Source: Takakia lepidozioides (lineage: Eukaryota; Plantae; Bryophyta). Taken from it: 64,000 nucleotides of DNA. The translations under genes were made by a program, and so were the position numbers. The notes beneath the pieces were generated by a model that saw only the letters and a list, made by a program, of their open reading frames with translations, had not been told where the DNA came from and did not search any database. Positions 40,400-51,898 of this stretch are shown piece after piece (position 1 is the stretch's first letter; every line of letters starts with the position of its first letter). The DNA lies in NCBI GenBank assembly GCA_030704615.1, contig JAKLZA010000009.1, forward strand, positions 74,638 through 138,637, written 5' to 3'.

Positions 40400-41791
40400 A
40401 GAAAGATTGTCCAAACAATTCTTTCAAAGGTTCTTGGAATTGCCAGACGGTTGTAAGGAAAATATTCTTAAGCGAGTGCATGATGCTGATCTGGAATGGG
40501 GTCTAGAGATAGGAGTGATAAAGATTTATCAGGTAGCCTGTAGAGGAAGAGCACGTTGGTTACCAACGTTGGTTTATGTGATAGCATTGCTATCCATTCA
40601 TCGAGTAGAGTTTGAAGGCTGGGAAGAAAGAAAGGTGAATGTTTATACTCATATGCATGAAGCATGAAACTGTTGAGGAGTATATGGAAAAGATGGAATT
40701 GATGATGAAAAAGCTGGCTGCAGTACCAACCCCCGGTTTATAGAAGACTTGGTTTGTGAGTGGACTAAGACCAGAGTTGCAAAAGAAAGTGGATATGTTA
40801 CCCCATAATACAGTGGAGGAGGCATTTGAAACTGCAAACAGAATTGAGCAATTGGGAATGCTCAGGAGAGAGAAAAGGGATGATGAGGACTCTGAGGATG
40901 AGTCAGATGAAGAAGAAGAGCAAGAACTAAAAAGGAAGAGTAAGAGAAAGGAGAAGTTGAAGAGGGATAACTATGAAAAAAGATTGGAAGAAATCTTGAA
41001 GAAGTATGCCACAGAGGCTGCAACACATTGGAGGAAGGGTGTATGGTGTGCAAAGTGCCAGAATGAAGGCCATACCACCACAGAATGCCACATGAAGGAG
41101 AAACACTGTACTATATGTAAAATGGATAACCATTCTACTGAGAATTGTTACTACAACAGAAGGACAGCTGCAAGAGAACCTAGGCAAGTAAGGGTGCATC
41201 AGGTGCAGCCCCAGCGAAGAAGAAACAATGATCAGGACCACTATGGTAGGTCTGGTGGTTATAACAATGGCATGGAAAGGAGAAGTAATTCAAGAGGGAA
41301 TTACCAAGGAAATTCCAGAGGCAACTATCAGGGTAATCCAAGGGGAATTACCAGCCCGGGAATCACGATTACAGAAATTAATCCAAGAACAGACCAAGGG
41401 CGAGGACCCAATGGTGAAGAACTATGTTACTATTGTAATCAGCCAGGACATCGCAAGGCAGCCTGTTCATTCTGGATTAGACACCAGAATGAGATGAGAG
41501 CTCATGTGGAATGAGGGCCCAGTGGTGGCAGCTCACATGGTTAGGCCATGTGTTGTACCAGAAGTAAGTACAATGATAGTAACAAGAAGTAAAGCCAAAC
41601 TAATACCTCCAGTAGTAGAGGAAGAAGATGATAATGAAGGTGGCAGTGATATGCCTGAAGATGATGAGGCTTGGAGAGATGAGAAGGAACTGCACAAGGA
41701 AGTGGCAGATACCATAAGGGAAATGCAGAAGAGTACTGATATTCCTGTGGCAGATTCCTCTGATTCTGATGGAGAAGAAGAAGGGAGGTGA
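40400..41791 (+). pseudogene. gag: gag of gypsy 2 (three CCHC knuckles; stop/frameshift present)
   Basis: ETVEEY...FVSGLRPEL; CAKCQNEGHTTTEC, CTICKMDNHSTENC, CYYCNQPGHRKAAC. Confidence 0.8.
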
Positions 41792-44700
41792 GGATGAAAG
41801 AAAGAAAGAAGATGCAGACATGCAAAGTAATGAAGAGACTTTGGCTGAAGTAATATGCCAGACCAAAGCAGAAATTACCATTGGACAGCTATTGGCTGTG
41901 GCACCTTATTGTAGGCACAGGCTGTATCAAGCAATCAATCGAATTGCCCAGGAGACAGGAAACACAGACCTGAACAGCAAGGTGACCAGTTATAATGTGA
42001 AGCCGGAAGGGCGAGAAACAGTCATGGACTTTGATGATTCTATGCCAGTAATCCAATTGAGAATTGGAAGCACAGAACTAACTGATGTACTGATAGATGG
42101 AGGTTCTGGAGTAAATATCATGACAGACCAATTAAGGAAGAAGCTTGGTCTAAGTAACATGAAACCAGCCCCATTTACAGTAACAATGGCAGATCAAAGA
42201 AGTGTACAGCCATTGGGATTAATAAGAGGAGTTAAGATACAGATACAGAAGATGATCTTTATGATCACAGTAACTGTGTTGAAGATGGATGAAGTCATGG
42301 AGGCTTACTCCTTATTATTGGGACGTCCGTGGCTGAAACAGGCCAGGGTATTCCATGACTGGAATTCTCAGTTACTAACCGTGCATAATGGGATACACGA
42401 GATACAAATTACCACAAAGAAATCTAGTAGATTACCTGCTACAAGAAGACCTCGAGGAGTCAGAGAGTATGACTGGAAAGGAGGACTGGATGAGGAGCAG
42501 GAAGCTACCCTATTTGCTGCACACCCAGAGTGGGAGCAGGTTGCAGAGATGCGGCTGGAAAGCCTAAGTTGTTTAAGAGGTATCTGCTGTGGTGTAGTGA
42601 CAGCAACACCAACTGAAGAGGAAACCAGCAGTTACCCATCACATTTCTATGAAGAAAGAGAAGGAGAAATGGAAATCCTAGAGGAACCAGCCACTGTGAG
42701 CTTACAGGATGAAGTGGTGACTGGTTGGACAATCACAGCTGATGAGCAAGTGAGGGAAGTGAATGTGGGAACTAAAGAGGAACCGAGGATGGTGAAAGTA
42801 GGAGCTGATTTGGAGCCGGAATTCTTTGAAGAAGCTAAAAGCTTGTTCATCAAATACAGAGATGTATTTGCTTGGAGCTATGAGGATCTAAAAGGGATAC
42901 CACCTGAAGTCTGTCAGCATAAGATTGAACTGGAACCAGGGTCAGTACCAATCAAGCAGGCGAGGTACAGAATGAATCCCAACTACGCACAGAAGGTTGG
43001 AGAAGAGATCAAGAAGTTGGCTGAGGCTAAGTTTATATACCCAATAGAGTATACAACTTGGTTGTCACCCATTGTTATAGTTCCCAAGAAGAATGGTAAA
43101 CTAAGAGTTTGTGTGAACTACAAGAAGCTGAATGCTTGTACGAAGAAAGATCCTTTCCCTTTGCCATTCACAGAAGCAGTATTAGACACTGTGGCAGGCC
43201 ATGAGATGTACTCATTCATGGATGGCTTCAGTGGTTATAATCAAGTGCAAGTGGCAGAAGAAGACCAAGGAAAAACAGCTTTCATCACAGACTGGGGTGC
43301 TTATGCATACAAAGTCATGCCCTTTGGACTTTGTAATGCACCAGCGACCTTTCAGAGAGTGATAAGTGAATCTTTTCATGAGTATCTGGATGATTTCATG
43401 CAGGTATTCTTGGATGATTTCAGTGTGTACAGCTCTAAGAATGAGCACTTGCATAAATTGGAGTTATGTCTGGCCAGATGCAGGATGAGAGGTCTGGGCC
43501 TGAATCCAGAGAAGTGTACTTTCTGTGTGAACTCAGGGGTGCTTCTGGGACACATTGTGTGTAAGAAGGGACTTCTTGTGGATCCCAGGAAGACAGAGTC
43601 CATTAAAGCCTCTCCACCACCAGTGAATGTTAAGAGTCTAAGGAGATTCCTTGGGCAAACCAGTTATTACAGAAGATTTGTCAAAAGGTATGCACAAATA
43701 GCAGCACCATTGAGCAAGCTTCTGAAGAAAGATGCAGTGTTTGCCTGGACAGCTGAATGTCAACAGGCGTTTGAGGAACTTACACTGTCAGTAACAACTA
43801 CACCTGTGCTGATTAACCCTCACTGGCATGTAGTATTTCATGTTCACTGCGATGCATCAGGAGAAGCGTTGGGAGCGGTGTTAGCCCAGAATGTTACAGG
43901 AAATATAGATTCACCTGTGTACTATGCTAGCAGGTTGATGAACAGTGCTGAAAGGAACTATAGCACAACGGAAAGAGAAGCATTGGCAATGATCTATGCA
44001 GTGAAGAAATTCAGGCATTACCTGTTGGGCAAGAAGTTTATGTTCTATGTGGATCACCAGGCTCTGATATACCTGGTAAACAAACCTCTGATAAGCGGAA
44101 GAATAGCAAGATGGTTGATAATCTTGCACGAGTTTGAGTTCGAGGTTGTTTACAAGCCTGGGAGACTGCATCTTGTGGCGGATCACTTGTCACGGTTATC
44201 AACAGGAGAACCAGCCACAGGAATAGATGATCAATTACCAGATGCGAGTCTATTTGCAGTGGAGGTGCAGGGAAGTGCAGATGACTGGTTAGATTGGCAG
44301 TGGCCAATCAGATACTACCTTGCTCATGGTCAGTGCCCACCTAGTTATGGTAAGGAGCAGAGGAAGAGAATCGCTATCAAAGCTTTACCTTATACTATGG
44401 TAGGAAGCAGAATGTATAAGCTAGGACCTGATGGAGTACTAAAACGATGCTTGTACCACCATGAAGTAAATAAAGTTTTGGAGGAAGTTCATAAAGGAGT
44501 GGCTGGAGGTCATTTTGGAGAAGAGACTACCAGTAGGAAGATACTACTCGCAGGTTACTGGTGGCCTACTTTGTTCAAAGATGTACACGAGTATTGTCAG
44601 AGTTGTGATGAATGTCAGAGGCTAGGACCTTTGCAGAGATCTGGAAGGATGGCCTTGCATCCTACAATGCCTACGGAACCATTTCAGAAATGGGGACTAG

Positions 44701-45563
44701 ACTTTGTTGGACCAATTAACCCACCAGCCAAGAATACACGGAACAGGTACATAATTACAGCCACTGATTATACTACGAAGTGGGTGGAAGCTAAAGCTTT
44801 GAGGGACAACACAGCCAAGTCCACAGCAAGGTTCCTGTATGAGAACATACTTACACGATTTGGCTGTCCCTTAGAATTTATCAGTGATCAGGGAAGTCAC
44901 TTCATGAATGAGACCATTGAGTTGTTGACTAAAGAGTTCATGATTGTGCATAGAAAGAGTACAACATATTACCCACAGGGTAATGGGCAGGCAGAGGCTA
45001 CCAACAAAATACTATGTACTATCTTGGCTAAGATAGTCAATGCAAACAGAACGGATTGGGATACAAAGCTGCTGACAGCTTTGTGGTCATACAGGACTTC
45101 ATATAAAGTCACCACTAAGTATACACCATTCCAATTAGTTTATGGTATGGAAGCCTTACTTCCAGTGGAATTCCTGTTACCTACCATGAGAACGGAGTGG
45201 GGAAAGAGAATGGAATTGCAAGATTCCATTAAGGTCAGGAAACATGAATTATACCATGTGGAAGAAGTACGTGCTGATGCAGCTGATAATATGACCAGAA
45301 TTCAGATGAAGAGAAAGGAACAGTTTGATGAAGGCAAGTTAAAGACTTTTAAGACGGGGGATTTGGTTCTATGGTTGCAGAAGAAAGGAAAGATTAAAGC
45401 TTCTAAGCTTAAATCACCATGGAAAGGACCTTATGTCATACAAAAGATGTATGATAACAACACCGCCATGTTACAAACCATTAACAAAGAAATGCTGGGA
45501 AGAGTCAATGCCAATAAGTTAAAGGGATACAGTGGTATCCATGACAAACCCATTGCAGCATGA
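41769..45563 (+). CDS. pol: pol polyprotein (PR-RT-RNase H-IN), intact 1264 aa, no chromodomain
   Basis: LIDGGSG; MDGFSGYNQ, MPFGL, FLDDF; CDASG...DHQAL; H-H-C-C, LDFVGP, SDQG, NGQAE; WKGPY. Confidence 0.97.
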   Translation: MEKKKGGEDERKKEDADMQSNEETLAEVICQTKAEITIGQLLAVAPYCRHRLYQAINRIAQETGNTDLNSKVTSYNVKPEGRETVMDFDDSMPVIQLRIGSTELTDVLIDGGSGVNIMTDQLRKKLGLSNMKPAPFTVTMADQRSVQPLGLIRGVKIQIQKMIFMITVTVLKMDEVMEAYSLLLGRPWLKQARVFHDWNSQLLTVHNGIHEIQITTKKSSRLPATRRPRGVREYDWKGGLDEEQEATLFAAHPEWEQVAEMRLESLSCLRGICCGVVTATPTEEETSSYPSHFYEEREGEMEILEEPATVSLQDEVVTGWTITADEQVREVNVGTKEEPRMVKVGADLEPEFFEEAKSLFIKYRDVFAWSYEDLKGIPPEVCQHKIELEPGSVPIKQARYRMNPNYAQKVGEEIKKLAEAKFIYPIEYTTWLSPIVIVPKKNGKLRVCVNYKKLNACTKKDPFPLPFTEAVLDTVAGHEMYSFMDGFSGYNQVQVAEEDQGKTAFITDWGAYAYKVMPFGLCNAPATFQRVISESFHEYLDDFMQVFLDDFSVYSSKNEHLHKLELCLARCRMRGLGLNPEKCTFCVNSGVLLGHIVCKKGLLVDPRKTESIKASPPPVNVKSLRRFLGQTSYYRRFVKRYAQIAAPLSKLLKKDAVFAWTAECQQAFEELTLSVTTTPVLINPHWHVVFHVHCDASGEALGAVLAQNVTGNIDSPVYYASRLMNSAERNYSTTEREALAMIYAVKKFRHYLLGKKFMFYVDHQALIYLVNKPLISGRIARWLIILHEFEFEVVYKPGRLHLVADHLSRLSTGEPATGIDDQLPDASLFAVEVQGSADDWLDWQWPIRYYLAHGQCPPSYGKEQRKRIAIKALPYTMVGSRMYKLGPDGVLKRCLYHHEVNKVLEEVHKGVAGGHFGEETTSRKILLAGYWWPTLFKDVHEYCQSCDECQRLGPLQRSGRMALHPTMPTEPFQKWGLDFVGPINPPAKNTRNRYIITATDYTTKWVEAKALRDNTAKSTARFLYENILTRFGCPLEFISDQGSHFMNETIELLTKEFMIVHRKSTTYYPQGNGQAEATNKILCTILAKIVNANRTDWDTKLLTALWSYRTSYKVTTKYTPFQLVYGMEALLPVEFLLPTMRTEWGKRMELQDSIKVRKHELYHVEEVRADAADNMTRIQMKRKEQFDEGKLKTFKTGDLVLWLQKKGKIKASKLKSPWKGPYVIQKMYDNNTAMLQTINKEMLGRVNANKLKGYSGIHDKPIAA

Positions 45564-45669
45564 TTTGCATGTTGAAACGCAAGAGCAGTCACGGGCTGCA
45601 CCAGTGTTACCAACGGAGTATGGAGCACTTGTCGCTAGGCCAAGCATATATGACCAGGGCGGGCGGAAA

Positions 45670-45855
45670 AGGCGAAACACAGCCTATCACAGCCCATCAA
45701 GGTGAAACACAGCCTATCACAGCCCATCACAACGTGACACAGCCTATCACAACCTACCACAGCGTGTCACAGCCTATCACAGCTTACCACAGTGCATCAC
45801 AGCCTATCACAGCGTACCACAGTATGACACAGCCTGTCACAGCTCAACACAGCCT
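45670..45855 (+). repeat. 21-bp tandem repeat (CACAGCCTATCACAGC...) after pol
   Basis: About 8 units read directly. Confidence 0.9.
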
Positions 45856-46583
45856 ACTAGGGTTACACGATCCATAGAATCAGTGACAGGTGGACGCACA
45901 ATAACTTCAGGAAAATGGCTGACGGAAGAAAAGACGGAAACCAGTTTAAAAATAGACACGTGGAAGTCAGGGCGCGACACACAGCTGAGAAGGAAGTGCA
46001 AGAACAGGTGTCATCAAGAAAGAGGACAAGAATGGCCGTCAAAATACCTAATCAGCGCGTCAAATTGGATGAAAGGCGGGCCCATTAATGAATACGGAAA
46101 AAGGGGAACGGAACAAACGGCAAGTACAGAAAAACGAAATTCTTGTCACATGTGTGATCCTAGTGGACTATCCAGCAGGGAAAGTCCACTAAAGAAAATG
46201 AAATCTAAAATCCAGTCACAGCGGTTACAGCCAATAGAAAGCCAGAGAAAGGATCAAGAAATTGGAGGGAAATTAAGCGCAAGAGGCGGCGTCGTTCTGA
46301 GTAACGGGCGTCTCGACGGGACAGACCATCAATGCTATAGCTTGGAAACTATGGAGGAACTAACAGACTATACGCTCGCAATATTACTTACGCAGTGGCA
46401 TAGACACGAAAGAACAGAGCGGAGCTTTTCTCTTGATCGATGCTTGCAAGCCCCACAGGCTTACAAGAAATTACCCATAGCTTTTTGTGGCAACCATACG
46501 TTTATGCTTTGTGCACTACAGGCATTTCTGCATTGTTCACATTTCTGCAGTTGTTACAGCCAAAACATTTCTGTGGGTCTAAA

Positions 46584-49500
46584 ATGAAGAGAGTGAGAGG
46601 AATGGAGGAAATCAGGGTGAAGAGCACCACAATTCTGCAGAAACAAACGATTGCTACCCCACAGGCGATACAGATACTGAAGGAGCTGAGATTGCAAGGA
46701 TTGCAAAGCATAGATTGGACATTGCACCATAGACAGTACATGTTACAATTCTTGCAGAACTTTGAGCCAAGGACAGGAACAACAACGGTGAAGGGAGTTG
46801 AATTAGTAATTACTCCCCTATACCTCCAGCAATTGTTTCGATTGCCAGCAGGTCAGGTGCATGTGGAGGAGCACAGGGCAAGACTGCAAATAGGGGACTT
46901 ATTCCAAGAAGGGAGTTTCTTTAAAACTCAGGGTTATGCTTGTACCAAGGCCGTGTACCCAGGGCTAAAGGAGGTAGGCCAGGTATTGAACGTTCTGATT
47001 GCCATGAAACAGAACCAACAGTATTTGAGCAGATCCTTCACGGAGGAAATACTCAAAGCCCTGAAAGGACAAGAGGTAGAATGGGCGGACATAATGTACA
47101 ACGCACTGGTAGAGGAGATGAAAAGATTACAAGGTACTACCGCAAAGTCTCCTATCATAGTGTCTGGCCCAATCATTGCTCAAATAATTCTTGATTCTGG
47201 CATACTTGATGCGCAAGAAAGAAAGGAGATGAGAGTGTTTGAGCCAGAAACCACTGCAATGGAAGAGCAAGGCTCTTCACACAGTGAGGGTGGACTAGCA
47301 GGGCAACCCGAGACTAAGAGGCAGAGACGGGGAAAGACTGTAGTGGCGGATCCACTGGCTTCACGGATTCCGCATGATAATGTTTCCCAAGCTCATGTGC
47401 AGGAAGGGGCACAGCAGCACAGAGAACTGCTATTACTGGAAGCAGGACCTTCAGAGAGGGAAGAGGAAGTTACTTCAGTATCACAGCCATCACAGCCAGC
47501 TGATCGGCTTGTCACAAGGTTACAAGTTGTCCATGCAGCTCAACCAGAAATAATTGATTTGGAAAAAGAAGGGTTAGATATTCCAACTACAGAACAGATA
47601 GTGGCAGAAATTGAAAAGGGGACCTTCTCTATGAATATTCTGGTCTGGTCAAGGAGACAGAGATTCCAGAGGTGCAACAGTTGCCCAAGGGAAATCCTGA
47701 GGTGCATATAATACACACACCTGTGTCGGAGGTACCACAGGTAGAATGTCAAGACACTGCAGCACCGGTGATGGATGAAGTGGTTCAGGAAGAAAATCCG
47801 GTGGGACAATGGCCTGAGTGGTTCGTGAGACATCACATGGTTGAGGATCAGGAGGAACAGCAGCAACCTCACCATGATGACCCTCAACAGGCAATGCTGA
47901 TGAGTTCCATAGGCAGGACACTTAATTTGTTGGGGACTTATGTCAAATCCCATGTTCCAACTACCCAATTGACAGCCTTGAGAGAGGAACTCAGGAAGGA
48001 GTTTGAGGCTCGACTAGCCACTGAGTGTGCAAACAAGGTCGATGAAGAGGTCACTCTCAAGATGCAGCAGGACTTGGAAAATACAGAAGCGGCTTTGCAA
48101 TTGGCCAAGGAACAATTGATTGAGGCAGGCCTCGCGCAAGACCAGTTGCACGAAGCACATAAGCAACAGCTATACCAATCTACAAAAGAAATAAACAGTC
48201 AAGCGGAAAAATGCACAAAGGCAGAGGAAGAGAATGTTGAGCAAATGAACCTCATTGTTGATATGAAGAATACAATCTGTCGCAATGAGGATACTTTCAA
48301 GCAATACAAGCAGATTGAAGCTGATCAAGAGAAGTACATTCTGGAGTTGCAACAAACGCTCGTGGCCAATAGAAATGAAATCTCGGTCACTAACAAGGCT
48401 TGGAAGGAAGCTAATAATCTACTTGCTGCCTATGCGAATTTGGTTGAACCTCATGCGAAGCGCATGGAGGCTTTACAACAGCAATTAGAAGTGTACAAAC
48501 TCAGAGAGGAGCACACTCTCAGAGGAACCACAAGCAACTTGGTGGATAACAGCCTTATGCAGGTCTGGTTAGCACAAGGGCCAGTGGAGGGCAAAGCACC
48601 ACGAAAGCTCACCCAAAGCGAGATGAATGAGCTCAGACTGCAAGTGCAGAACATTGCCACAACTACTATAGACAATGTCTATAGTAGGATAGCAGAGTTA
48701 CAGGAGGATGTAGACGGACTGCAGACTCAAGTGGAGGACCTCACTTCAAATATCGACAAAAGAGTCTATATCCCTCAGGAACAGCTAATGGCTTCTTATT
48801 TACAAGCCAGAACTTTGGCTTTTCAGTCTTCACAGGAGGTGCAGGAGATGCCAATGATACAAGAGCCAGTACCACCAACACCACAACAAGTCACTGTACC
48901 AGTAGCTGAACCTGTTGTTACTACAACCACACCACAGCCACCACAGCCTGAGGTATGGGGCAATGCTGCTTTTAACCCACCTAAAACTCCAGCTGCAAGG
49001 GAGTACAGTAGGGCTATGATTATGCCCTTCAACCAAATTCCCATCATGTTGGATTTGGCTTGGAAAGAATTTAGTCCTCCGCAGTCATTCGCACATTACT
49101 ACCAAATCATGCGTATTTGGCTGCCAGTGGCAACTAGGACTAAAGTTCTTCCGAACAATCGACATATTGAGGATCATCACTTTGCACAATACTGGCATGA
49201 GGCAAGTACAATGTTGAAGGAATTAATTGCCTTCCAAGTTGTACATGGATTCATTTATACCAAGACCAAGGAGGTAGCAAGTATTGTCATGGGATGCGGG
49301 TTATACTACGCTGCTTGTTTTCTGGTACGTTATCACATTGAGCAGCACAAGATGCAAGCACGCTTTCTGAGTTATTCCAGTGGGGATCATTGGATCTTAC
49401 CTTCAGTGCCACCTCATATGTACCTATATGAGGCAAAAGTTATGATGCAAAAGGATTCTCAAATTCGTTCATGGTTTCAAGCGGCCTGGAACAATTTGTC

Positions 49501-49707
49501 AACACAGAAATTAAGGGACATGTGGCATGGAAATACTTGCACGGTGCACAAGTAATTGGTACCCCACTCACCTGGACTGACAAGGAGCTCAGTGTCTTCA
49601 CCAATTTTGCTGTTCAGCGTTTACAGCAAGTTGTAAAATATAAACTTCCAGACATGATAGGACAACATTGTATGCCCAGAGGATTCCACAAAAAGTTCGA
49701 CAATTAA
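46584..49707 (+). CDS. Additional ORF of gypsy 2 in the env-like position (about 1000 aa, two frameshifts), with a coiled-coil region
   Basis: Consecutive overlapping ORFs 46440-47711, 47672-49555 and 49471-49707. The N-terminal QFLQNF...TVKGVELVITP..LQQLFRLP resembles Athila/Transposase_32-type accessory ORFs. Confidence 0.65.
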
Positions 49708-50015
49708 AACACCTGAGAGGTGATGAGGATTCTGATACAACTGTTTCTTCAGCGGATTCTTTTGACATGGGAGAAGACTATGCAATTCAGATGGCAGAGA
49801 AGAAATGACGGGGGTCTCCTATGCCTGAAAGGTTACCTCGATATCAGCCTCCAGAGGGCCTCACTTATCCTGGTAGTGTTCAAACATCTCCGTCAACCAG
49901 TGACAGACCTCGGGCTCGTACACACAGTCCGCCACAAAACTCTCAACGTCAGAAAGGTGCTCACTCACAAAGGTTTGCTAATCGCAATCAGTAAACCGTG
50001 AGGACACGGCTTTTT

Positions 50016-50029
50016 GAGAGGGGAAGGGG
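50016..50029 (+). promoter_or_regulatory. Polypurine tract
   Basis: GAGAGGGGAAGGGG immediately before the 3' LTR. Confidence 0.85.
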
Positions 50030-50032
50030 TAA

Positions 50033-51048
50033 TGTTAGAGGACTGTCTGGGACTTAGACACTTATACTGGATCTGTAGGGTACCCTTAATTTTTGCACAG
50101 ACTGAGACCAACAGGAGCCTTAGGGGTGACAGCAGCGCACTGTAGAGGGGGGTTACACAGTCCGTCACAGTCGTCACAGCCGACACAGCCACACAGCCAG
50201 TCATAGCCGACACAGCCAGACACAGTTAGCACAGCTCGTCACAACCCGACACAGCCATCACAGCCAACACAGCCCGTCACAGCCGACACAGCCACACAGC
50301 CAGTCACAGCCCGACACAGCCAAACACAGTCGCACAGCCAGTCACAGCCCGTCACAGTTTCACACAGCCAGTCACAGCTTGACACAGCTGTCACGACCAG
50401 AGGGAACGGAGAGCAGGACAGGGAAGTGACTGTGGGGAACAACACCTGCAAATGGAACATGTTAGTTCACGGACGACGGTTAGTGAGGGAAACGGTTAGA
50501 GCCACGGGTAGGAAGATAAAGGGAGAAGCAAGGACTGAGAAGGGGACAAATATATATTCTTGGAAGCACTTTAGGGGGGAGGACTTCTTGGTGATGCAGG
50601 AGAGGGGATCGGACGGAGAGTAAAGATGGAGACCACGGAGAAGGAGGAAAGATGATTAGTAGATGCTTGTTATATGCAAAGCTGTAGTGATATTGTAGAG
50701 CAGATTAGAGACACAATGGCTTCGGCCTGATACCTGATAAATCATAATCTGATACTTATACGATACAATCACACTGTGTAGAGAGATCTGAGTGAAGCTG
50801 TGGAATGAATGGATGAGTTGATGGAATCCGATAGATTGATGAAGCAAACTGATACTTAATTAGTAATGGTAAGGTAGCTAACATGAATGCGGAAAGGGAA
50901 ACAAATAGGAAACACCCCCATGATACACTAGCTGTAGGTCATGACTGATTGTTCTGCGCGGGCTGAGTACTTAGAGATTTCCAACTCTTCTATCTTGGAG
51001 TTTCCGCCTCGGATAGCGAAGGGATAGGTGAGTAAAAGCCGCGCGACA
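50033..51048 (+). repeat. 3' LTR of gypsy 2
   Basis: TG...CA; direct repeat of the 5' LTR with one extra CACAGC-containing unit. Confidence 0.95.
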
Positions 51049-51053
51049 ACATT

Positions 51054-51119
51054 TCCGTGGAATGCCCAAACCGGTGACATTTGTCACACTTAGCTTGGGT
51101 TCTTCCTTCAGGACAATAT
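51054..51119 (-). pseudogene. Continuation of gypsy 1 gag
   Basis: Removing gypsy 2 and one TSD restores YCPEGRTQAKCDKCHRFGHSTEMCGVRCNFCKVLGHTESEC. Confidence 0.85.
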
Positions 51120-51384
51120 GGAGGTTTGCTATTTCATGAGCATGAGCGGCATGAGCGGCATGAGCGGCATGAGCAGAGTAGTAACACAATCGGTTTTCAT
51201 GAGCAGAAGTACAAATTTCGAAAATAAAAAACAATAAAAAACAATAAAAAACAATAATTTAATGCAATGTGTCAGAAAAAACAAATATATTATTCGGCCC
51301 CTTGAAGGGAAAATTGCACTTTTGACAGTTGTGCTCATGATATTTTGTCTTCCGCTCATGCCAATTCCTAGCGACATGTGCAAA

Positions 51385-51745
51385 TATGGCGCCGAATTTC
51401 GCGGTAATAGGGTCCGTAACCTGAAAAAACGGCGACGTATTTCGCGGCAATAGGTCTCTCTGGCGAAAAATGGTGCCGAATTCCGCGGCTATAGGTCCCC
51501 TCATGACAGGTAATTCGGCGCCATTTTTCCAGTGCATGTTCGGACTTAGCCAGTTTTCGGCCCAAAAAAGAGAAATTCGGCGCCATTTTTCCAGACACGG
51601 TACCAGTGCATGTTGGGACTTAGCCAGTTTTCGGCCCCAAAAAGAGAAATTCGGCGCCATTTTCCCAAACACAGGTACCAGTGCATGTTGGGACTTAGCG
51701 AGTTTTCGGCCCCAAAAAGAGAAATTCGGCGCCATTTTTCCAGAA
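51385..51745. repeat. Subterminal tandem repeats (about 73-bp units) with AAATTCGGCGCC and GGACTTAGC
   Basis: Direct reading. Confidence 0.85.
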
Positions 51746-51898
51746 ATGGCCCCAGAACTGCTTCTGTTGGATCTCAGTTTGAATGGAATATTGCCTCATT
51801 CCAGGAGTTTTGGGGTGCATTTCATTACACTGCAAAAAAAAGTCTGATACAGCAAAATGCATTTGAAAATATCCATATGGAGGATTCCGTTTGCCCCA

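Larger units (their letters stand above)
39283..51048 (+). mobile_element. Complete Ty3/gypsy (non-chromovirus) LTR retrotransposon, element 2
   Basis: LTRs 39283-40277 and 50033-51048 (TG...CA, near-identical). TSD ACATT at 39278-39282 and 51049-51053. PBS, PPT, gag, pol and an extra ORF are present. Confidence 0.97.

Noticed and set aside
46440-49707. True retroviral env gene
   Set aside because: No clear signal peptide, fusion peptide or transmembrane anchor. It is kept only as an accessory ORF.
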